From Tubiluchus corallicola (taxonomy: Eukaryota; Animalia; Priapulida), in assembly GCA_030141605.1 (NCBI GenBank), contig JAQGDQ010001663.1:1-30615 (forward strand): a DNA stretch of 30,615 nucleotides, given 5' to 3'. Under the pieces are notes generated by a model. It did no database searches. It was not told where the DNA came from and was given only the letters and a program-made list of their open reading frames with translations. How positions within the stretch are numbered: the stretch's first letter is position 1; each line of letters opens with the position of its first letter. Both the position numbers and the translations under genes were made by a program. Shown here piece by piece: positions 1 through 30,615 of this stretch.

Positions 1-257
1 CCCCTAAAGACCCATGACGAACAATGAGGTCAATTTCAAATGTAACAGTAGACAAGTAATTAACTTCTGTTAACTATAGTACAGATATAGGACCAAAAGC
101 AGTATTATATTTTAATATAAACAACAAAAATTCACTATTGTAGGTTGGTGCATGGGGTCTGTGGGAAAAGGATTGATCCTTGAGGAAGACGGGCTAAAAT
201 ACCTTTGTCTAGGGTGTCGAAAGCTCCTTCGTCGTTTACAGGAATACTTCTACTTAC

Positions 258-380
258 CTTCCCTTTCTCACGGTGTTTCTCCCGAGCAGGGGGTCAAGTA
301 CGGGGTCGACAGTTTCTCCTATGTTTTCAATCAGCACGGTGGCGCCGTTGGTTAACGATCTTTCTATCACGTCAAGATAC
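258..380 (-). pseudogene. Orphan inverted copy of dynein exon 3
   Basis: Reverse complement of 4028-4150 with intact splice sites and two synonymous differences; antisense to the gene. May be an assembly artefact. Confidence 0.6.
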
Positions 381-440
381 CTGCAAAACGTTCGGTGATC
401 ATTAGCAATGCTGACAGTAATGTTGCGCTTGGCAATTTCA

Positions 441-979
441 TCTATATATTAATTCTACTGGTATGTTTATATAAGATTCGGGGCTACACCTCGGACGACG
501 GCACCATTTGCGGTGATCTATGCAGCAAACGAAAGGTCTCGATCTAGTTTCGTGCCATTGGGGGTTTATTTTTCGAATCGGGCCCACCGGACCCAACTAG
601 CGATTTTTTCAAAATTTTGGCCAAAGGGCCTGTAGAAAAAACGGTCTGGCGACACCTTAGTGTGACTCTTGGAAGGAGATATGTGGCTCTTTACAAAGAG
701 CAAGAACAGGGCTACACGATGATGTGGGCTATGATTTAAGAGACATCCACCAAGAGGAGTACTGACGAGTTAATTACATGTTCTATTTTCGGCAATTTTC
801 GCTTAGAAAACTGCTGACGCAAAGCCATTGTTGTGACGTCATCCATTATACTTTCTCTATAAGCTTATAACTTTAATTCAGTAAAAGCTGCTGCTGGCTT
901 TGTGTTATAAATGAGGATGTTTGCGTATTACATATTATAAGTGTATTTATAAGCAAATTTTTTGCAGCGCCTTTGCTAG
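441..979 (+). mobile_element. Non-autonomous Helitron
   Basis: A|TCTATATATT...GCTAG|T: 5' TC, 3' CTAG, A|T insertion site, no TSD; related copies at 3427-3967 and 1688-~2465. Confidence 0.7.
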
Positions 980-1295
980 TTATTATTATTATTCATCCAT
1001 TTAGCACAATACAAAAATAAAAATGATAAAATTACAAATTAACAATGCATTACAGTGCTATGAGCGCAACAGAAGAAATTAATGACCGAAACTCGACTTG
1101 GATAAGACTAAATTAATGACATAAACAACAACAACAAAAATACATTAAATGAAGCAAAGCAAACAGATGCGAGAAAACGATAATGGTGCTGATGATAATG
1201 ATTGCAGAAGGCCTTGAGTTCAAATCCCAGTGTAGTGCAAACATTTTTCAGCCTTTTTAACTTGGTACTGCGTCGTACGTTTGTATTTTTTCTAG

Positions 1296-24869
<23,574 letters not shown>

Positions 24870-25039
24870 TGCGTAATATTAATGTTAATGTTAAGGCTTA
24901 ATGTTAATGTTAATGTTAATACCGACATATGCACTTTCATGATTGGATGACCACCTTTTACTTTCAGATTGTAAAAGAACAAACTTTGAGTTGCACTTTG
25001 CTATAGAAATTTTGATTCATTTTTGATCACAAGTTAAGC

Positions 25040-25337
25040 TTACTACAGACTATACTAAACTATAATATACTACACTATACTACACTAAACTACACTACAC
25101 TACACTACAGTACACTATGCTACGCTACATTACACCACACCACACTACAACTACACTACGCTACACTACACTACACTACACTACAACCACACCACACTAC
25201 AACTACACTACACTACACTACACTACACTACACTATACTACACCACACCACACTACAACCACACCACACTACAACTACACCACACTACACTACACTACAC
25301 TACACCACACCACACCACACCACACCACACTAAACTA
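25040..25337. repeat. (CACTA)n pentanucleotide microsatellite
   Basis: Read directly. Confidence 0.9.
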
Positions 25338-25665
25338 AGTATTCTGCTAATATTCTAAACTATTTTGTATACTTGTATTCGATTTTAAATGCGCTTATTT
25401 AATATTTACAACAAGAATCTCGTACTTTTGTGGCATTTGTTATCAGTTCATCATTACAGAATACACTTCCGGTTTGTCGACTGCTACGATGCCAAAGCGT
25501 CTATGTGACGAATGTCTGGAAATTTTAGTCATTTTTAAATTGCAGTTGATAAGTTTTTATTCAAACGGATTCATTTCACGTTCGATTTATTGTAATAGTA
25601 ATGCAGTTTCCACACGACTGTGATTAAGCATGTTTTACTGTGACTCAATGTGGTTGTCAAGACTG

Positions 25666-25881
25666 ATATATATATATATATATATATATGTATGCGTGTG
25701 TGTGTGTGTGCGTGAGTGTGTATGCGTGTGTGTGTGTGTATGCGTGTGAGTGTGTGTATGCGTGTGTGTGTGTGCGTGTGTGTGTATGCGTGTGTGTGTG
25801 TGCATGTGTGTGTATGCATGTGTGTGTGTGCATGTGTGTGCGTGTGTGTGTATGTGTGTGTGTGTATGCGTGTGTGTATGC

Positions 25882-25912
<31 letters not shown>

Positions 25913-26006
25913 TGTGTATGCGTGTGTGTATGCGTGTGTGTGCATGTGTGAGTGTGTGCGTGTGTGTGTGTATGCGTGTGTGTGTGTGTGTGTGCGTGTG
26001 TGTGTG
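25666..26006. repeat. (TA)n followed by imperfect (TG)n microsatellite
   Basis: Read directly. Confidence 0.95.
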
Positions 26007-26285
26007 CACGTTTGTGCCAATTTTAATGTGTGCCAATATTCGCCATGCTTTTAACAAGTTTTATTCGAGTTTTCTTGAAAAATTTCTTTTTCCATTGTTT
26101 TGTTTTTCACAGTTAGTTTATTGTTGTTTTTGTGCGTTGTTGTTGTTGTTGTTTACGCGCATTTCCGTCCAAAATTTCAATTTAAGAAAAGAAAACTAAT
26201 TGCTCCTAAAATTTCTTTTGGTGTAAAAATATTTATTCTAAAATTGTAACGAGATCACTTTATAAACTATAGAATCGATAACAGT

Positions 26286-26291
26286 AATAAA
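26286..26291 (+). promoter_or_regulatory. Candidate polyadenylation signal of the dynein gene
   Basis: First AATAAA I found after the stop; followed by GT/T-rich gtttgtttgttc. Confidence 0.35.
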
Positions 26292-27173
26292 TCACATGTA
26301 TTAAAAATACGTTTGTTTGTTCGCCTGTTCTTCCGTTCGCTTGTTTAGCACCACTAACATTCTAACATTGCACTACAATCTTTGCTTTTATTAACTTACA
26401 TTGCAAAATTGCTACAATGACTGCGTACTACACGGCCGTACGGTAATTTCTAAGTAATCACAGTTATTCACAATCAAATATCACTGAATTTTTTTACACG
26501 GTTCGGTACTCTGCAACTCGGCATTAAGCAGAGGTTGTGACAGGACTGGTACTTATTATACAATGAAGAATGATCCTCTAAGACCAGACACTAAGAAGCA
26601 TACTTGCCAGTACTGTCACGTCAACTCAATGACAGAATGATCCTGAAACAGTACGATAAATGAAATCGCAGTGGTCACTTATCCATTTACTGGACCAGAT
26701 ACATACTGCAGAACAGAACTTATGAAATATGAAACAGAGACGACTAGCATGATCAACAGTTGCTACTAACTCAAATAAACCTGCCAATTTGTGATTGGTC
26801 AGTTTGTGAACACAGAACCACGCCAGGTGGGGGAGGAAGAGCAAAGCGGCACACAGTTTAAGGTTAGTTCACACTCGCTCACAATTGACGCTGTTTCACT
26901 AATTACTTAAAATTACAGATTAAATTAATTAAATTCTGATAGATGCCTATCAATAGTTCAATTCTCATAATCTTACCCAGGACAGCTACTTACAGACCTA
27001 GTTCTTCCCAAAATATTAAAACAATGGATAAAAATCTTCCGAAGCAGCACCACCCACTAATTTTAGCCACAAGCCGCCAAGTGGGGGGAGCTTGTAATCA
27101 TGATTTCACATAATAAACATGTATATATAATAGGACACCTAATTGTGACACTAAGTACGTCTGTCTGTATATC

Positions 27174-27711
<538 letters not shown>

Positions 27712-27746
27712 TGGATATCGCACAATTACATACAAAAAACACGTAC

Positions 27747-28459
27747 AAGTTGTCGACTTACGACCACAATACATCGCGGCGGATTGGTCGTCAGACGAAC
27801 TGGACGCAACTCGGACCCGTATGTTAAAACGGTGAGTCTCTACACTCGGTATGCTAAGTGTGGAGGCTTGTACGACAATTTCTGCAAACAGACAGCGATT
27901 TTAAGTAAATTTCTTTATAAAAAAATGGAAATAAATACGAGTTATAATTAGTTTTGTATAATTAGCTAAGTAAATTGCAGTTGGATCGTAAAGTAGAACA
28001 GTCGTATAGGTTGTCGGGCGTATCAACACATTACGACACCCTAGGCTGACCGCTCTATCTCGGCCATCTCTATTGTGAATTTGTGGTTGTTTATGTATTG
28101 AGCAGGTTAAACAATTACTTGTGGTGTGTTAGAAACACTATTAACCTTGTTTCAACGTGGTCATTATTAATTACATGTATTTGCATAATGCTTATATTCC
28201 ATTAGGTTGCACAATTGATTGGTGTGTACTACCTTGCACCTGTTCGTTACGTGGCACTTATAAAAAGCTGTTACATATAAACAGCTATGACACGTTACAT
28301 ATAAAAGATGCTCTCAGTAACTGCCTGTGGTGTGTTGCAATAAAATGCAATATTTACATGAATATTCCCAGGAGAATGAGAATTTTTTCTAAAATTTGAC
28401 GCCTCAAATTTCGGCGTTCTAGTTAGCCTATTACTTAATACGTCGTAAGTCGACAACTT
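27747..28459. mobile_element. Unclassified segment bounded by a perfect 18-bp inverted repeat
   Basis: aagttgtcgacttacgac at 27747-27764 and gtcgtaagtcgacaactt at 28442-28459; no TSD seen. Confidence 0.45.
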
Positions 28460-28665
28460 CATGTATGTCAAATTTCACAATCATGGCAGTAATCAACGAT
28501 ACTTCAACAATACGAGAATAAAAAGTACCCACATTTATACATCGTGGTTACTATATTAAAAATGCGTGTTTGCACGATAAAAAAATAGCTACCGATTTGG
28601 CGAACATTAGAAATTCAAATCTCTAACCCTGAACAACCAGACTGTTTTACAAGAACGAATAACTA

Positions 28666-28865
28666 CAGTCAACCTCGGGTATAAGGTATTCGCATATGAG
28701 GGACCACCAACACCGGTCCCGATTTTTCGTCACGTTTTTCCTATGTAAAAATCTTTGTATATAAGATACTCGGATGTAGGGGACTTTCGGTTCTAAGGGA
28801 TGATATCTTCAGGTCCCGCGTAATAGAAACCCAGGTAAATTACCTCTCATATAAGGGACCCTATG
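28666..28865. mobile_element. Possible truncated Tc1/mariner-type MITE
   Basis: TA|cagtcaacctcgg start and recurring (t)aaggga(c) motifs; no second TIR found. Confidence 0.35.
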
Positions 28866-28970
28866 ATCAAAGCGAAATTGGTAGATTTTTAACCTCAATT
28901 TTTCTCAAACTCGGCCTCTGAGCAACTCGGTTTGAATGAATGATATCAGAAGCTTTGCGGATTACAACAT

Positions 28971-29091
28971 CAAAACTAGTCGGAGTAAACAACAACAAAA
29001 CTAGTCGGAGTAAACAACAACAAAACTAGTCGGAGTAAACAACAACAAAACTAGTCGGAGTAAACAACAACAAAACTAGTCGGAGTAAACA
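28971..29091 (-). repeat. 25-bp tandem repeat of the amine oxidase stop-codon region, 5 copies
   Basis: ctagtcggagtaaac at 28976, 29001, 29026, 29051, 29076. Confidence 0.93.
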
Positions 29092-29456
29092 TAACTCATA
29101 ATAACAATGAAAACAACAGCAATCATGGCCACAATAATTGCCCACTCAAAAAACCACATCGCCTTTCGGCTCACGTCGGCTTTCACAATCTTGGCCTGCT
29201 TGCCGCCGTGCCGTATTTCCCGCAGCTCTTCCGGGGTAACCACGTCCGGGCGAAGGCTGTGAAGGACCTCCGTGGCGGCGCGGCTGCCGGAGCGGATCGC
29301 CCCGTCCATGAAGCCGCACCACAGCGTCGACGACTCGGTGCCGGCAAAGTGGACTCTGTGGAACGGTTCCCGAAGACCGCCGGAAAAGTACCGCATCATG
29401 CCGGGCGGCACGGTGTCGATCGGACAGCCGCCGTTGTACGGTTCCAAATGCCAGCA
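29076..29456 (-). CDS. Flavin-containing monoamine oxidase-like protein, last coding exon with C-terminal membrane helix
   Basis: ttaacag|TGC TGG...GAC TAG; CWHLEPYNGGCP...REPFHRVHFAGTESSTLWCGFMDGAIRSGSRAATEVL matches the amine oxidase C-terminal FAD-binding segment; hydrophobic tail WFFEWAIIVAMIAVVFIVIM. Confidence 0.88.
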   Translation of the reverse strand, partial: CWHLEPYNGGCPIDTVPPGMMRYFSGGLREPFHRVHFAGTESSTLWCGFMDGAIRSGSRAATEVLHSLRPDVVTPEELREIRHGGKQAKIVKADVSRKAMWFFEWAIIVAMIAVVFIVIMSYVYSD

Positions 29457-29594
29457 CTGTTAACAAATGAACACAAAAAGTTAAAAATTCAACAGCATGT
29501 GGTCAGTTAGTAGGGCTGCGGCGATACACGTGGGTCACGATGCGATACGTATCATGATACACCTGAGTTAACATTTGGAGATTTTAAATAAAAA

Positions 29595-29784
29595 GCCAGA
29601 TGAAGCCATTGATAAAAAATGCTAAACATATTGCCAGATGAAGCCATTGATAATAAGTGCTAAACATATTACCAGATGAAGCCATTGATAATAAATGCTA
29701 AACATATTGCCAGATGAAGCCATTGATAATAAATGCTAAACATATTACCAGATGAAGCCATTGATAATAAATGCTAAACATATT
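29595..29784. repeat. 38-bp tandem repeat, 5 copies
   Basis: Unit gccagatgaagccattgataataaatgctaaacatatt. Confidence 0.93.
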
Positions 29785-30102
29785 GTATCACTCAACAGTT
29801 TCAGGATTGTGAAATGTTAAAATAACTCGACAAACTATTCGATATTTATTACTTGTGTGATGCGTAGACTATTGTTTGCATTGTAAGCCACCAGAAAAAC
29901 AAAACATATCAATACTTTAGGTTTAAAAGTTGCTTGTACATTTTCTGGTTCATTTTTACCATTTCACAAGTTTATATGTAAATAAAATAATTAACCTACT
30001 ACAGATTAAATATCTTGTATTTTGAACCGATTTGGCTACTAGTAGTACCAGTGTTAAGTCAACTACTTCTCACTGCACTGATTGTTACATATCTACAGTG
30101 AA

Positions 30103-30439
<337 letters not shown>

Positions 30440-30615
30440 AGTAACTCTACAGCTGCAGCGTGAATCACCTCACATCGTTTTAATACGGTCAAGCGCGTGC
30501 TGAATTGCTAAACGTCATTGACTCACATTATCATGATACAGGTGCACTATGGCAGCACGCATGTCGTAATAAGAGACATCACGACGCATCGATATGTCGA
30601 TGGATCATTACAGGC

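Larger units (their letters stand above)
1..993 (-). repeat. Inverted copy of 3413-4407 (contains dynein exon 3 and a Helitron)
   Basis: Base 1 pairs with 4407 and 993 with 3413; near-identical over 1-~582, clearly more diverged over ~583-979. Confidence 0.95.

Noticed and set aside
25040-25337. CACTA motifs suggesting a CACTA/EnSpm transposon
   Set aside because: Simple pentamer microsatellite with no TIR pair or 3-bp TSD.

Overview
Eukaryotic (invertebrate-type metazoan) genomic DNA, not prokaryotic. Most of the window (1296-24869, + strand) is the 3' part of an axonemal outer-arm beta dynein heavy chain gene of the DNAH9/DNAH11/DNAH17 class. I traced 17 exons by hand; they splice in frame to 1174 aa plus stop (stalk return coil, AAA5, AAA6, C-terminal domain), and two of the 16 introns need GC donors. 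The last exon of a flavin monoamine-oxidase-like gene lies convergently on the - strand (29076-29456). Introns are full of short Helitrons, hAT- and Tigger-type MITEs, a decayed CR1/L2-type LINE, locus-private minisatellites and microsatellites. Highlights: (1) a complete TSD-flanked SINE with a 5S rRNA head and a (CAA)n tail (11634-12171), nested in the LINE RT; (2) a 31-bp satellite that amplifies an exon's own splice donor 38 times, each unit resembling a recursive CAG|GT site; (3) a ~1 kb inverted copy of a dynein exon region at the window start whose identity drops inside a Helitron (probable chimeric junction or misassembly); (4) repeated local duplication of exon ends and stop codons. 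Most entries in the ORF track are repeat artefacts or exon shadows.
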